Part shown: positions 42,294 through 55,171 of the stretch, in pieces
Numbering within the stretch: position 1 is the first letter of the stretch
Layout: every line of letters starts with the position of its first letter
Assembly: GCA_964016885.1 (NCBI GenBank)
Contig: OZ024741.1
Coordinates: forward strand, 350,052,001-350,116,000
Direction of reading: 5' to 3'
Source: Eledone cirrhosa
Lineage: Eukaryota
DNA: 64,000 bases
The notes under the pieces: generated by a model
The model's database searches: none
The model's input: the letters and a program-made list of their open reading frames with translations, nothing else
Told to the model about the DNA's origin: nothing
Translations under genes and position numbers: made by a program

Positions 42294-42760
42294 GGTGGTG
42301 GTGGTGATGCTGGTGATGCTGCTGGTGGTGGTGGTGGTGGTGGTGGTGGTGGAAGTGGCGGTGGTGGCAGCGGTAGTGGTGGTGGTGGTGGTGGTGGTGG
42401 TGGTGGTGGTGGTGGTGGTGGTGGTGGTGGTGGTGGTGGTGGTGGTGGCTGTAGTGATGGTGGTAGTGATAATGGTGGTGGTGGTGGTGGTGGCTGTAGT
42501 GATGGTTGTAAGGATGATGGTGGTGGTGGTGGTGGTGATGATTGTGGTGGTGGCGGTGGTGGCGGTGGTGGTGGTGATGGTGTTTTTGTTGGTGGTGGGG
42601 GTTGAGGTTAAGGTAAGGTGGTGGTGGTGGTAGTGGTGGTGGTGGTGGTGGTGACGGTGACGACGGCAGCAAAGATGATTGGGAGGGTGGGTAATAGCAG
42701 CAGTGGTGGCGGTTGTGGAGACGATGTTGACGGCGGCGGTGGCGACGGTGGTGGTGGCAG
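41760..42760. repeat. ~1-kb degenerate (GGT)n array
   Basis: Direct reading; explains the poly-G/H/T/V ORFs. Confidence 0.95.
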
Positions 42761-43564
42761 GAGAGAGGGGGTGAGTTATTGTACCTCCCACCATCAATTC
42801 TATTCACTATACCCCCACGAAACGTAATACCTTTTTCCGAAATCTCCATTTACAGGAAAACGTTTTCACATAACATCACACACAACATACAGACACACAT
42901 ACACAGACACACACAACATACAGACACACATACACAGACACACACAACATACAGACACACATACACAAACACACAAACACACAAACACACATGCTTACCT
43001 GCACATATACACGTTTACACACCAACACACCGCTATATGTAGATATACACAAGCTAACTTTAGCATTGATATACACACATGCACACACATACACACACAC
43101 ACACACACAGACATACACACAGACACGCACACCCGCGAAGACACACACACACACACACACACACGCAGACATACACACAGACACGCACACGCGCGCGAAG
43201 ATACACACACACTCATAATTATATTATTAACAAGCACACACTAATACATTCATGAATACACATACTCACACTCAGTTGAGATAGCAGTACACACACATAC
43301 ACACACTCACATACACACACACACACACACTCATAATTATATTCTTAACAAGCACATATACTAACACATTCATGAATACACATACACACACTCAGTAGAG
43401 ATAGCAATACACACACATACACACACCACACACACACACCATACACCACACACACACACCACACACACACACTCACACGCTCATACTTATATTCTTAACA
43501 AACACACACCAAACACATACAACCACGCTCATGAATGCATGCATACACACTCAGTTGAGATTGC

Positions 43565-45020
43565 AACACACACACACACCACACACACCACACACTCACA
43601 CACTCACACACCACACACACCACACACCACACACACCACACACACCACACACACCACACACTCACACACCACACACACCACACACTCACACACCACACAC
43701 ACCACACACACCACACACACACACACCTCACACACCACACACACCACACACACCACACACACCACACACTCACACACCACACACACCACACACCACACAC
43801 ACCACACACACCACACACACCACACACTCACACACCACACACACCACACACACCACACACTCACACACCACACACACCACACACTCACACACCACACACA
43901 CCACACACCACACACACCACACACACCACCTCACACCACACACACCACACACCACACACACCACACACACCACACACACCACACACTCACACACTCACAC
44001 ACCACACACACCACACACTCACACACCACACACACCACACACACCACACACTCACACACTCACACACCACACACACCACACACTCACACACCACACACAC
44101 CACACACACCACACACTCACACACCACACACACCACACACCACACACACCACACACACCACACACACCACACACACCACACACCACACACACCACACACA
44201 CCACACACACCACACACTCACACACTCACACACCACACACACCACACACTCACACACTCACACACCACACACACCACACACCACACACACCACACACACC
44301 ACACACACCACACACACCACACACTCACACACTCACACACCACACACACCACACACACCACACACTCACACACCACACACACCACACACCACACACACCA
44401 CACACACCACACACACCACACACTCACACACCACACACACCACACACACCACACACTCACACACCACACACACCACACACTCACACACCACACACCACAC
44501 ACCACACACACCACACACACCACACACACCACACACACCACACACCACACACACCACACACACCACACACACCACACACTCACACACTCACACACCACAC
44601 ACGCCACACACTCACACACTCACACACCACACACACCACACACTCACACACTCACACACCACACACACCACACACTCACACACCACACACACCACACACA
44701 CCACACACTCACACACCACACACACCACACACACCACACACACCACACACACCACACACTCACACACCACACACACCACACACCACACACACCACACACA
44801 CCACACACACCACACACTCACACACCACACACACCACACACACCACACACTCACACACCATACACACCACACACTCACACACCACACACACCACACACAC
44901 CACACACACCTCACACACCACACACACCACACACACCACACACACCACACACTCACACACCACACACACCACACACTCACACACCACACACACCACACAC
45001 ACCACACACACCACACACAT
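43565..45020. repeat. Compound CA-rich array (CCACACACA / CCACACA / CTCACACA units)
   Basis: Direct reading. Confidence 0.9.
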
Positions 45021-45058
45021 CACACATACTAACACATACACACACACACACACACACA

Positions 45059-45632
45059 CTCAGTTGAGATAGCAATACACATACACACATACACACACAC
45101 ACTCAGTTGAGATTGCAATACATACACACACACACACATACATACACACACTCAGTTGAGATTGCAACACACACACATACACACACAGTTGAGATTGCAA
45201 TACACACACACACACATACACACACTCAGTTGAGATTGCAATACATACACACACACACACATACATACACACACTCAGTTGAGATTACAATACACACACA
45301 TACACACACTCAGTTGAGATTACAATACACACACATACACACACTCAGTTGAGATTGCAATACACACACACATACATACACACACTCAGTTGAGATTGCA
45401 ACACACACATACACACACACTCAGTTGAGATTACAATACACACACATACACACACTCAGTTGAGATTGCAATACACACACACATACATACACACACTCAG
45501 TTGAGATTGCAACACACACACATACACACACTCAGTTGAGATGGCAATACACACACACACACACACATACACACACTCAGTTGAGATTGCAATACACACA
45601 CACACACATACACACACTCAGTTGAGATTGCA

Positions 45633-45666
<34 letters not shown>

Positions 45667-45959
45667 TCAGTTGAGATTACAATACACACACACACACACT
45701 CAGTTGAGATTGCAACACACACACACACACACACACACTCAGTTGAGATTGCAACACACACACATACACACACACACTCAGTTGAGATTGCAACACACAC
45801 ACATACACACACACACTCAGTTGAGATTGCAACACACACACATACACACACACACTCAGTTGAGATTGCAACACACACACATACACACACACACTCAGTT
45901 GAGATTGCAATACACACACATACACACACACATACACACACACACTCAGTTGAGATTGC

Positions 45960-45998
<39 letters not shown>

Positions 45999-47010
45999 AG
46001 TTGAGATTGCAACACACACACACATACATACACTCAGTTGAGATTGCAACACACACACATACATACACTCAGTTGAGATTGCAACACACACACATACACA
46101 CACTCAGTTGAGATTGCAACACACACACACACACACACACATACACACACTCAGTTGAGATTGCAATACACACACATACACACACTCAGTTGAGATTGCA
46201 ATACACACACACATACACACACTCAGTTGAGATTGCAATACACACACACATACACACACTCAGTTGAGATTGCAACACACACACACACACACTCAGTTGA
46301 GATTGCAATACACACACACATACATACACACACACTCAGTTGAGATTGCAACACACACACATACACACACTCAGTTGAGATTGCAATACACACACACACA
46401 CACACACACTCAGTTGAGATTGCAATACACACACACACACACACATACACACACTCAGTTGAGATTGCAATACACACACACACTCAGTTGAGATTGCAAT
46501 ACACACACACATACATACACACACACTCAGTTGAGATTGCAACACACACACATACACACACTCAGTTGAGATTGCAATACACACACACACACACACATAC
46601 ACACACTCAGTTGAGATTGCAATACACACACACATACACACACTCAGTTGAGATTGCAATACACACACACATACACACACTCAGTTGAGATTGCAATACA
46701 CACACACACACACACACATACTCAGTTGAGATTACAATACACACACACACACACTCAGTTGAGATTGCAACACACACACATACACACACACACTCAGTTG
46801 AGATTGCAACACACACACATACACACACACACTCAGTTGAGATTGCAATACACACACATACACACACACATACACACACACACTCAGTTGAGATTGCAAC
46901 ACACACACACACACACACACTCAGTTGAGATTGCAATACACACACACATACATACACTCAGTTGAGATTGCAACAAACACACATACACATACACACTCAG
47001 TTGAGATTGC

Positions 47011-47049
<39 letters not shown>

Positions 47050-47150
47050 ACACACACACTCAATTGAGATTGCTATACACACATACACACACACACTCAG
47101 TTGAGATTGCAACACACATACACACACACACTCAGTTGAGATAGCTATAC
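45059..47150. repeat. Minisatellite: constant CTCAGTTGAGATTGCAA with variable-length (CA/TA)n linkers, about 53 units
   Basis: Counted by eye; three more copies at about 43271, 43391 and 43550. Confidence 0.92.
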
Positions 47151-47397
47151 ACACACATACAACCTCATACTTCTATATAATCCTACATCTATTCAAATAA
47201 GATATAATAAAACATATCCTTAGAAAAAATATTTTTAACATACACATACATAAATATGCACGAAAACATACACAACATTACAGGTGGATGTATATATGTA
47301 TATGTACATAAACACACAGACACATACAAGCACATTCAAACACACATGTTCATGCATACACACACACATACACATATGTATATATTTATGTGTGTGC

Positions 47398-47446
<49 letters not shown>

Positions 47447-47450
<4 letters not shown>

Positions 47451-47570
47451 AAAATGTATAACCCCGACGGCAGAGCTCAAGCCGTTTCGACGGCTCTTTC
47501 TAGACTCTAGAGTCTAGAAATAGCCGTCGAAACGGCTTGTACTCTGCCGTCAGGGTTATACATTTTCCTA
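47447..47570. repeat. 124-bp near-perfect palindrome centred on GACTCTAGAGTC
   Basis: The right arm and downstream sequence are homologous to the reverse complement of 25150-25295. Confidence 0.88.
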
Positions 47571-47706
47571 TTACTCACTCTACTAACCCAAGTATTAAGT
47601 ACTCTGGTGCGTTATGGTCCAACTGGTTCCTTCGTTATATATATATTTATTTATCGAGCCCTCTTTCGATTTTAGTGTTCAAATTTATTATTATTACTAT
47701 ATATAT

Positions 47707-48180
47707 CTAGGGCGGGTAAAATTCCCGAGATCCATGGACGAGTTCTCTCCAGCTGTCTGTGTCCCTCATTATCGCTGCCATGTCCTGCGTCTCCAACAGA
47801 CCAGTGTCTGTCCTTAGGGCATCAACATATGTTAATCTCGGTCTTCCTCTTCCAGTGTGTCCATGCAGAGGCTCCCACAGTAGCACTGAGTGCAGTGTCA
47901 ACTCTGGATGTCGGTGAACATGTCCAGCTAACCTCAGTATCTTCTGTGTCACTTTTACGCTGACTTTTGGGAGGCTCCCGTACAGCTCTGAGTTCTTCAT
48001 CCTCAGTGTATACTGATTAATGTTCAAAACCATCCTCGGCATTCTCGTGTAGCACCCATCCACCATCTGAGTGAGTTTCTTGGTCAGTGTCCAAGACTCA
48101 GACCCGTACAGCAGACTCCACTACAGCAACGAAGAGGCGGATCTTCAGGTCTTTTCGAAGGTCCGACTTCCACACCGATC
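47707..48180 (-). pseudogene. RTE/RTEX-like LINE ORF C-terminal fragment
   Basis: LYGSESWTLT..DGCYTRM..LRLAGHVHRH..VLLWEP.HG..GRGRPRLTYVD..SWR. Confidence 0.75.
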
Positions 48181-48212
48181 TCCAGCTGGATGTATGTACA
48201 TATGTGTATTTA

Positions 48213-48561
48213 TGCACGAGGACATAGAAATAATCGGGCTGGACACCCGATCACGCAGTTAAGCCACTGGGAGTGAAGGACTCCTAGGCTTTGTCAGGGC
48301 ATTCTTCTAGGAGAAGGCAACTCAGGAAACTGGGATAATTCCGACATAAAACCTGCGGCTCAGTAGTTACCGATGATGTTGATCTTTTCTTCTTTTCGGG
48401 TTATAGCTACTGTCGTTCAGAGAGTGGGATTGGCTCAGTGCACAGTCTTTCTTCACTTTTAAAAAATATCTTCACACACAGGCATTGCATGATAGAATTA
48501 ATTAATAATTATTAATAATGTTATATCGGGCAATGGCCATACTCGATAACGAGGTGGGAGT

Positions 48562-48565
<4 letters not shown>
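48213..48565 (+). mobile_element. Bipartite non-autonomous RTE derivative (family A)
   Basis: 48213-48520 is the reverse complement of the RTE 5' UTR (53715-54014), joined directly to the RTE 3' terminus (cf. 49790-49830); the ORF is absent. Confidence 0.85.
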
Positions 48566-48621
<56 letters not shown>

Positions 48622-48989
48622 GTGTACACGAACACATACATATATATGTGTGTATGTGTGTGTGGGTGTTTGTGTGTGTGTGTACGTTTGTGTGTGTGTG
48701 TGTGTGTGTGTGCGTGTGTGCGTGTGTGTGTGTGAGAGAGAGAGAGAGTCCCAGGTTCAATTTTGGGTAACCACAGTTACTAAGGTACTCATTACATTAT
48801 TAGAGTGTAAACATAATGTTTAATATAAAAATGGCTTCTACAAGACTAGAACTGTTTCATTCAAAAAAATCATCACGAAAGCGTTTCCTGAAATATACCC
48901 CTGCGATATTTTATTTTATCAGTGAAAATAGAGTCCTTCTTCTCTGTCTTTAACTTTAGGATAGTAGCCCAAGAAGAAGACAGCTTCTC

Positions 48990-49260
48990 TATGGCTCTGA
49001 AAATAAAAGCTGCCACTAAATTAAAACACAACCTGCCTGATATTGTTGTTTGGGACCACAAATTGAAAACGTGCTCTGTTGTAGAAATCAGCTGCCCACT
49101 TGATGTCAACGTTGTAAGAAAAATACAAGAGAAGGAGGACATCTACGGACCATTGATGAGGAGTTTGCAGATCCAGTATCCAAGATACACCTTCAGCTTC
49201 ATACCCATCATTATTGGAGATACATGTTATATACCAACCCGCTTGGACCAAAGTATAACA
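48990..49260 (+). pseudogene. Restriction-like endonuclease fragment of an RLE-type LINE (R4/HERO/NeSL-like)
   Basis: KHNLPDIVVWD..CSVVEISCP..RKIQEKEDIY..L..IPIIIG matches the (R)PD..E..K..Y RLE pattern. Confidence 0.75.
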
Positions 49261-49470
49261 AATGGCTGCGATAGCTGGCGTCTTCAAAATTTGCAAAACA
49301 TTCTTGCGATTCAAGGGATGACAATTTCTTTTCTTTTACAACCTTGCCGCCAGGAAGGTGGCCGGACAAAAATGTACTCGAAATTAAAAGAAAGAGAAAC
49401 ATACATACATACATACATACATACATACATACATACATACATACATACATACATACATACATACATACAT

Positions 49471-49620
49471 GGTGGCTGCCAACTCGTTTTCGAGTACGGT
49501 CACTACTTTATATCCATGTAGGAGAACTCCTACCGATGCGCTGAACGAGTGTGAATTTTTAGTCCAGCCAGCGACTTGAAAACTCTGGTACAAACACTAC
49601 ACTTGTGACAATTATTGACA
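49471..49620 (-). mobile_element. Family B RTE derivative, 3' 150 bp, inside (TACA)n
   Basis: Near-identical to the other family B copies; (TACA)n at 49399-49470 and 49620-49789. Confidence 0.85.
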
Positions 49621-49789
49621 TACATACATGCATACATACATACATACATACATGCATACATACATACATACATACATACATACATACATACATACATACA
49701 TGCATGCATACATACATACATACATACATACATACATACATACATACATACATACATACATACATGCATACATATATACATACATACAT

Positions 49790-49844
49790 GATGGCTGCCC
49801 CCTCGTTATCGAGTATGGCCATTGCACGAGGAGAGAAAAAAAAA

Positions 49845-49880
<36 letters not shown>

Positions 49881-49964
49881 AATAAGAAAGAAAATAAAAA
49901 TTAAAAAAATAAAATATATATATATATATACATACACACACACACACACACATACATTAATAAC

Positions 49965-49996
<32 letters not shown>

Positions 49997-52900
49997 CAAT
50001 AATAATAACGACAACAACAATAATAATATACATATACATATATATGTACACATACACGCACACACATAAGCATATCTATACACACGCACACACACGATAG
50101 CAACTAACAGCGCTGCGATCGAATGTGGCTTTTTAGCCCAGCCAATGATCTAAAATGTCTTGCACAGAGTCGGCAACCAAAACATTCACTGGGAATAGTT
50201 GGCTGTGGATGGAGTTCGTGTACTTTTGCATGTCGCTTGAGCCCTCCTGCTGATTTACATTCTCTACCACATGTTTGGCAAGCATGATGAGTAGCATCTC
50301 CAACAGCAGCCTGGTAGTCAACCACTGGTCTTACTTTATGACTGCGAAGATGACTTTCGAGTCCAGCTTTGCTTAGGCAGAGTTTCGCACAGACGCTGCA
50401 TGTCAGCACCATAGCAGGACCCTCGCCGTCTGGAAGTGCAACAGCAATGCCCTTCCTCACATCCCGCTTTACTTTCTCGTATGCGATTCGAGATGCCTCA
50501 AAGGCAACTTTTCCCTCATATACAGTCTTTCTCCATTTATTACGATCAGCAGCAATATTCTCCCATGTATCAGCAGAGATGTTAGCGTCTTTCAGAGAGG
50601 CTTTCAAGGAATCCTTATACCTCTTTTTTGGTTTATGTGGCGGTCGTTTTCCTTTAACCAACTCTCCATAAAAGAGTTGTTTTGGTATTCTAGAATCCTT
50701 CATCCTGGCAAGGTGACCACTCCAACGGAGTCGTTGCTTAAGCACAAGAGCTTCTATACTGTCACACATAGAGCTTTCCAAAATCTCAACATCACTGATG
50801 TGGTTCCTCCAGTGAACGCCATGGATCCGTTTGAGACACATCTGATGGAAACGCTCCAATTGCTTAAGGTGGTGTCGATATGTGACCCAGGTCTCGCAGG
50901 CATAAAGAAGACAAGAGAGCACACATGCCCTGTACACCTTTACCTTTGTCCTCCTGCATATGTCTCGCCGACCCCAGAGTCGCCTTTCTAGCTTTCCGAA
51001 AGCATCACTTGCTTTCCTAATCCTAAGTGAGATTTCACTGTCAAGGTTGCTGTATCGATTGACAGTGCTTCCCAGGTAGACAAACTGATCAACCACTCCA
51101 AGTCGTTTGCCAGACACATAGATGTTTGGTTCAGTGTACTGCTTACCAGGAGCAGGTTGGTACATGACGACGGTTTTCTTGAGACTGACAGTCAATCCTA
51201 GGCCAATGCAAGCGTCAGAAAATGCATTCAAAATGTGCTGCATATCACTCTCTGTGTGCGCTACAAGATCGCAATCATCTGCATACAAGAGGTCTCTTAT
51301 GATTGATATAAATACTTTTGTCTTCGCAGCAAAGCGCCTGATGTTAAATATGCTGCCTGAGGTTCGATATCGGATGTAAACACCATGCTCGCAATTCCTG
51401 AATGCAATACAGAAAACCATTGCAAAATATATGGTAAACAGGGTCGGTGCTGGAATATCCCCCTGTTTCACTCCATTTTTTACTGAGATAGGCTCCGACA
51501 TGTTACCTCCAACATTAACCCAAGCCTTCATGTCGTCATGGAAAGACCTAACTAAAGCAAGGAACTTATCAGGGCAACCAAGTTTCTGGAGAACCTTCCA
51601 TAATGCATCTCTGTTAACAGTATCGAAAGCTTTTGTCAGATCGACAAAAACCTGATACAGATCCAAGCCTTGTTCCATGCACTTCTCCTGGAGCTGTCTA
51701 GCTGAGAAGATCATATCAGTAGTGCCGCGTCCAGCACGAAAACCAGATTGACTTTCAGGAAGAACACAATCTGCAATGTGTGTCAGCAGACGGTCCAGAA
51801 GCACCCTACATAAAACTTTCCCTACGACAGAAAGCAATGATATACCTCTGTAGTTCCCACAATCATTCATGTTACCCTTTCCCTTGTACAAGACCACCAT
51901 TACTGCATCTCTCCAGTCCTCAGGTACGGATTCATTAGCCCATATCCTGCCAAACAAAGAGTGAAGATGCTGCAGGAGTCTCTCACCACCATATTGTAGG
52001 AGCTCAGCATGTATGCTATCCATACCAGGAGATCTTCCACTGTTCAGCTTCGAAATAGCCACTGCAACCTCCACAGGCGTCGGAGGTTCTGCGAGAGCTA
52101 CTTTCACAGGACTTTCTGGAATGAGATTGAGGAAATCTTCACTGACGACAGACGGCTGATTCAAAAAATCATCAAAGTGCTCTCGCCACCTTCGTAGAAT
52201 TCCTTGTGAGTCACGAAGAAGTTCTTTGCCATCCTTGCTGCGAAGCGGTGTCACCAAAGAAGAAGACGGTCCATAAACCTCACGCAAGAGACTGTACAAC
52301 AGCTTTGTGTTATTGGAATCTGACGCAGTTTGTATCTCACCAGCCTTCTCACTCCACCACTGATCCTTCATCTGAGAAAGACTCCGCCTAACACGTGATT
52401 TTATATCCCTGAGTTCCTCGTGCAACGTATTCCTCTCCTGTGGTTTTGCCGTCAAGTAGCGTGACAGAGCACGCCTCTTATCAGCCAACAAGTCTTCTAT
52501 ATGTACATCATTCTCATTAAACCAGTCCTGATGTTTTCTCTGCACCAATCCCAGAACACGCCTGCCTACATCATAAACCGACTTTTTAAGGGTCGGCCAA
52601 TCCTCACCAAGATTTGCAGCCTGCATCTCTTCTTCCAATGTCCTCTTCACATTTTTATCATTAAGACGAGCAGCATTCAATCTTTTGGGCAGGGCAATAC
52701 CAGGAGCCCGGATTTTACGTTTAGTGATTAGTTTCACTTTTTCGCGTACCAGGCGGTGGTCCGTCCAGCACTCAGCTCCACGAAGAGCACGAACACACTG
52801 CACATCCTGTCTGTCACGCATCCTGACTAGGACGTAGTCCAAAAGATGCCATTCCTTAGATGCAGGATGCATCCATGTGGTCTTGAATTTGTTCTTTTGT

Positions 52901-54014
52901 TGGAACATGGTGTTGGTAACACACAGATCCAGCTCCTCACACATCTGCAGCAGGAGCATACCATTGTTGTTACACTTTCCCACCCCATGCCTTCCAATTA
53001 CATTCCATGTGTTAAAATCCCTACCCACGCTAGCATTAAAGTCACCAAGCACGATGACTTTGTCTGCCTGAGGGATATTTCTTAAAACACCTTTCAAGGC
53101 ATGGTAAAAGGACACTTTTTCTTCATCGACAGAATTCATAGTTGGAGCATACACACTCACCAGGGTAGCATATCTTCCTTTGTCCAGCGGAACTATCATG
53201 GACATAAGACGCTCACTAATCCCTACTGGGAATTCTTCTAATTTATTCACCAGTACAGTTTTAACAGCAAATCCTACCCCAGCCTCTCTTCTGGTTCCTT
53301 CATCTCTTCCTTTCCAGAAGAATGTATATTCTCCACAACATTCCGTAAGATGACCATCTCCAGCTAACCTCGTCTCAGATAAAGCCACGATGTCAAGATC
53401 GTAACGTCGAAGCTCCTTTGCAACAAGAGCGGTCCTTCGTTCAGGACGCTCCAAGGAATCCCTGTCAAGCAGCGTCCGTACGTTCCAGCAGCCAAGATTA
53501 AATGCCTTGTTTGGCTCTATTACAATGGCACGATGACGAGCGGGCCCAGGCTGTGATAACCTGGGGCCCCTGCCCTTATTGCCAATTATCTTTTTTGTTC
53601 CAGAACCTAAATTGCCAATTATCTCTTTTATATTGTTCTGGAACATTATTGAATTGGAAAAAAAAAAAAAGTAATAATAATAGTAATAATAATAATAATA
53701 ATAATAATAGTACACTATTAATAATTATTAATGCACTCGTGCAATGCCTGTGCGTGACGAATATTTTTAAAGTGAGGAAAGACTGTGCACTGAGCCAATC
53801 CCACTCTCTGAGCGACAGTAGCTATAACCCGAAAAGAAGAAAAGATCAACATCATCGGTAACTACTGAGCCGCAGGTTTTATGTCGGAGTTGACCCAGTT
53901 TCCTGAGATGCCTTCTCCTAAAAGAGTGCCCTGACAAGGGCTAGGGGTTCTTCACTCCCAGTGGCTTAACTGCGCGATCTGGCATGCAGCCCGATTATTT
54001 CTATGTCCCCGCGC
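49790..54014 (-). mobile_element. Full-length RTE-clade LINE
   Basis: 5' UTR 54014-53715, single ORF, microsatellite-filled 3' UTR, and terminus CTCGTGCAATGGCCATACTCGATAACGAGGGGGCAGCCATC followed by (ATGT)n. Ends defined by the match to 48213-48565. Confidence 0.88.
50104..53646 (-). CDS. RTE ORF: APE endonuclease + reverse transcriptase + three C-terminal C2H2-type zinc fingers, 1180 aa, uninterrupted
   Basis: First ATG at 53646. WNVRTL, LSETR, VYAPT, GDFNA, LLDYV, WTDHR; YRGISLLS, QSGFR, FVDLTKAFD, GVKQG, LYADD; CSVC-x12-HLRSH, CQTC-x12-HAKVH, CRLC-x12-HIRSQRC. Confidence 0.95.
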   Translation of the reverse strand: MFQNNIKEIIGNLGSGTKKIIGNKGRGPRLSQPGPARHRAIVIEPNKAFNLGCWNVRTLLDRDSLERPERRTALVAKELRRYDLDIVALSETRLAGDGHLTECCGEYTFFWKGRDEGTRREAGVGFAVKTVLVNKLEEFPVGISERLMSMIVPLDKGRYATLVSVYAPTMNSVDEEKVSFYHALKGVLRNIPQADKVIVLGDFNASVGRDFNTWNVIGRHGVGKCNNNGMLLLQMCEELDLCVTNTMFQQKNKFKTTWMHPASKEWHLLDYVLVRMRDRQDVQCVRALRGAECWTDHRLVREKVKLITKRKIRAPGIALPKRLNAARLNDKNVKRTLEEEMQAANLGEDWPTLKKSVYDVGRRVLGLVQRKHQDWFNENDVHIEDLLADKRRALSRYLTAKPQERNTLHEELRDIKSRVRRSLSQMKDQWWSEKAGEIQTASDSNNTKLLYSLLREVYGPSSSLVTPLRSKDGKELLRDSQGILRRWREHFDDFLNQPSVVSEDFLNLIPESPVKVALAEPPTPVEVAVAISKLNSGRSPGMDSIHAELLQYGGERLLQHLHSLFGRIWANESVPEDWRDAVMVVLYKGKGNMNDCGNYRGISLLSVVGKVLCRVLLDRLLTHIADCVLPESQSGFRAGRGTTDMIFSARQLQEKCMEQGLDLYQVFVDLTKAFDTVNRDALWKVLQKLGCPDKFLALVRSFHDDMKAWVNVGGNMSEPISVKNGVKQGDIPAPTLFTIYFAMVFCIAFRNCEHGVYIRYRTSGSIFNIRRFAAKTKVFISIIRDLLYADDCDLVAHTESDMQHILNAFSDACIGLGLTVSLKKTVVMYQPAPGKQYTEPNIYVSGKRLGVVDQFVYLGSTVNRYSNLDSEISLRIRKASDAFGKLERRLWGRRDICRRTKVKVYRACVLSCLLYACETWVTYRHHLKQLERFHQMCLKRIHGVHWRNHISDVEILESSMCDSIEALVLKQRLRWSGHLARMKDSRIPKQLFYGELVKGKRPPHKPKKRYKDSLKASLKDANISADTWENIAADRNKWRKTVYEGKVAFEASRIAYEKVKRDVRKGIAVALPDGEGPAMVLTCSVCAKLCLSKAGLESHLRSHKVRPVVDYQAAVGDATHHACQTCGRECKSAGGLKRHAKVHELHPQPTIPSECFGCRLCARHFRSLAGLKSHIRSQRC

Positions 54015-54015
54015 A

Positions 54016-54046
<31 letters not shown>

Positions 54047-54718
54047 CCTCACTTATTGACACTTATACGTACGACATACACACACGCGCATACATATGCG
54101 CGCGCACACACGCATACACACGCGCGCGCACAGCAACACTCATACATACAAACAAACACACACACGCTACTCACTTACACACACACATATATATATATAT
54201 ATATATTACCGTCATTACTGATACAAGATTACAAGATTATCTCAACTGTTGACTTTCAAGAGTTTGTATAGTTGAAGCCGATCGTATTACAGTCCAGTAT
54301 TACTATAATTGCTTTGCAGCATAGAGTTATGGCTCTCCACGCTCTGAGCTTAAATCCCGCCGAGGTCAACCCCGCCTTTCTTCCCCACGGACTCAACAAA
54401 AGAGAGTACCAGTGATGCGCTGGCCAGTCGCTGGATCCGTGCCAAAAGCAGAAAAATTATTATTAAAGTTGTTTTCTTAAAGCCCGGTCGCTGGTGATGG
54501 TGATGGCGGCGGTGGTGGCGGTGGTGGTGGTGGTGGTGGCAGTTGATGTTGTTGTTGTTGGTGTGTTGTTGTGTGCGTGTGTGTGTGTGTTTTGTTATTT
54601 TGAGGGGTTTTTTGTTTGTTTGTTATACATACATACATACATACATACATACATACTTACATACATGCATACATACATACATACATACATACATACATAC
54701 ATACATACATACATACAT

Positions 54719-55171
54719 GGTGGTGGCTGCCAACTCGTTTTCGAGTACGGCCACTACTTTATATCCATGTAGGAGAACCCCTATCGATGCGCTGAACGAG
54801 TGTGACTTTTTAGTCCAGCCAGCGACTTGAAAACTCTGGTACAAACATGACACCTGTGACAATTATTGACACATAGTGCTGGGCCCATGGTACCATGTGA
54901 CGACAAGTGCAGAGAGATCTCCAGATATAAAGCAATGCCTGTGCCGTGAAGCTTTTATAGTGAGCAAAGGCACTGCACAAAGCCAGTCCCACTCTCTTAA
55001 CCAAGATGATATTTACCAAAAAGAAGAACAAGTCAACATCATTGGATACCATCAGGGTTGCAGGTGTTATATCAGAGTTTTCCTTCTCCTAGAATTCTGC
55101 CTTGACAAAGGCTAAGGGGTCATCTCTCCCGGTGATTTTGGATGGCCATTGATTCTTAAGAGCTCCTTTGC
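54719..55171 (-). mobile_element. Family B bipartite RTE derivative inside (TACA)n
   Basis: RTE-type 5' UTR segment, last zinc finger and 3' end; (TACA)n on both sides. Confidence 0.88.

Noticed and set aside
41655-42849. Gly-rich/His-rich protein gene
   Set aside because: (GGT)n is open in most frames; no splice or domain evidence.
43565-45020. Resemblance to yeast C1-3A telomere; 497-513-aa His/Thr ORFs
   Set aside because: No CCC runs, internal location, continuous with local CA repeats; the ORFs are stop-free by composition.
45059-47150. CRISPR-like repeat-spacer pattern
   Set aside because: Spacers are only (CA/TA)n, the repeat is 17 bp, there are no cas genes, and the context is eukaryotic.
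53647-53715. N-terminal poly-Tyr extension of the RTE ORF
   Set aside because: Translation of a (TAT)n tract upstream of the first ATG.
48213-54014. 300-bp inverted repeats as TIRs of a composite DNA transposon
   Set aside because: They are the RTE 5' UTR and a diverged mini-element in opposite orientation; no TSD seen.
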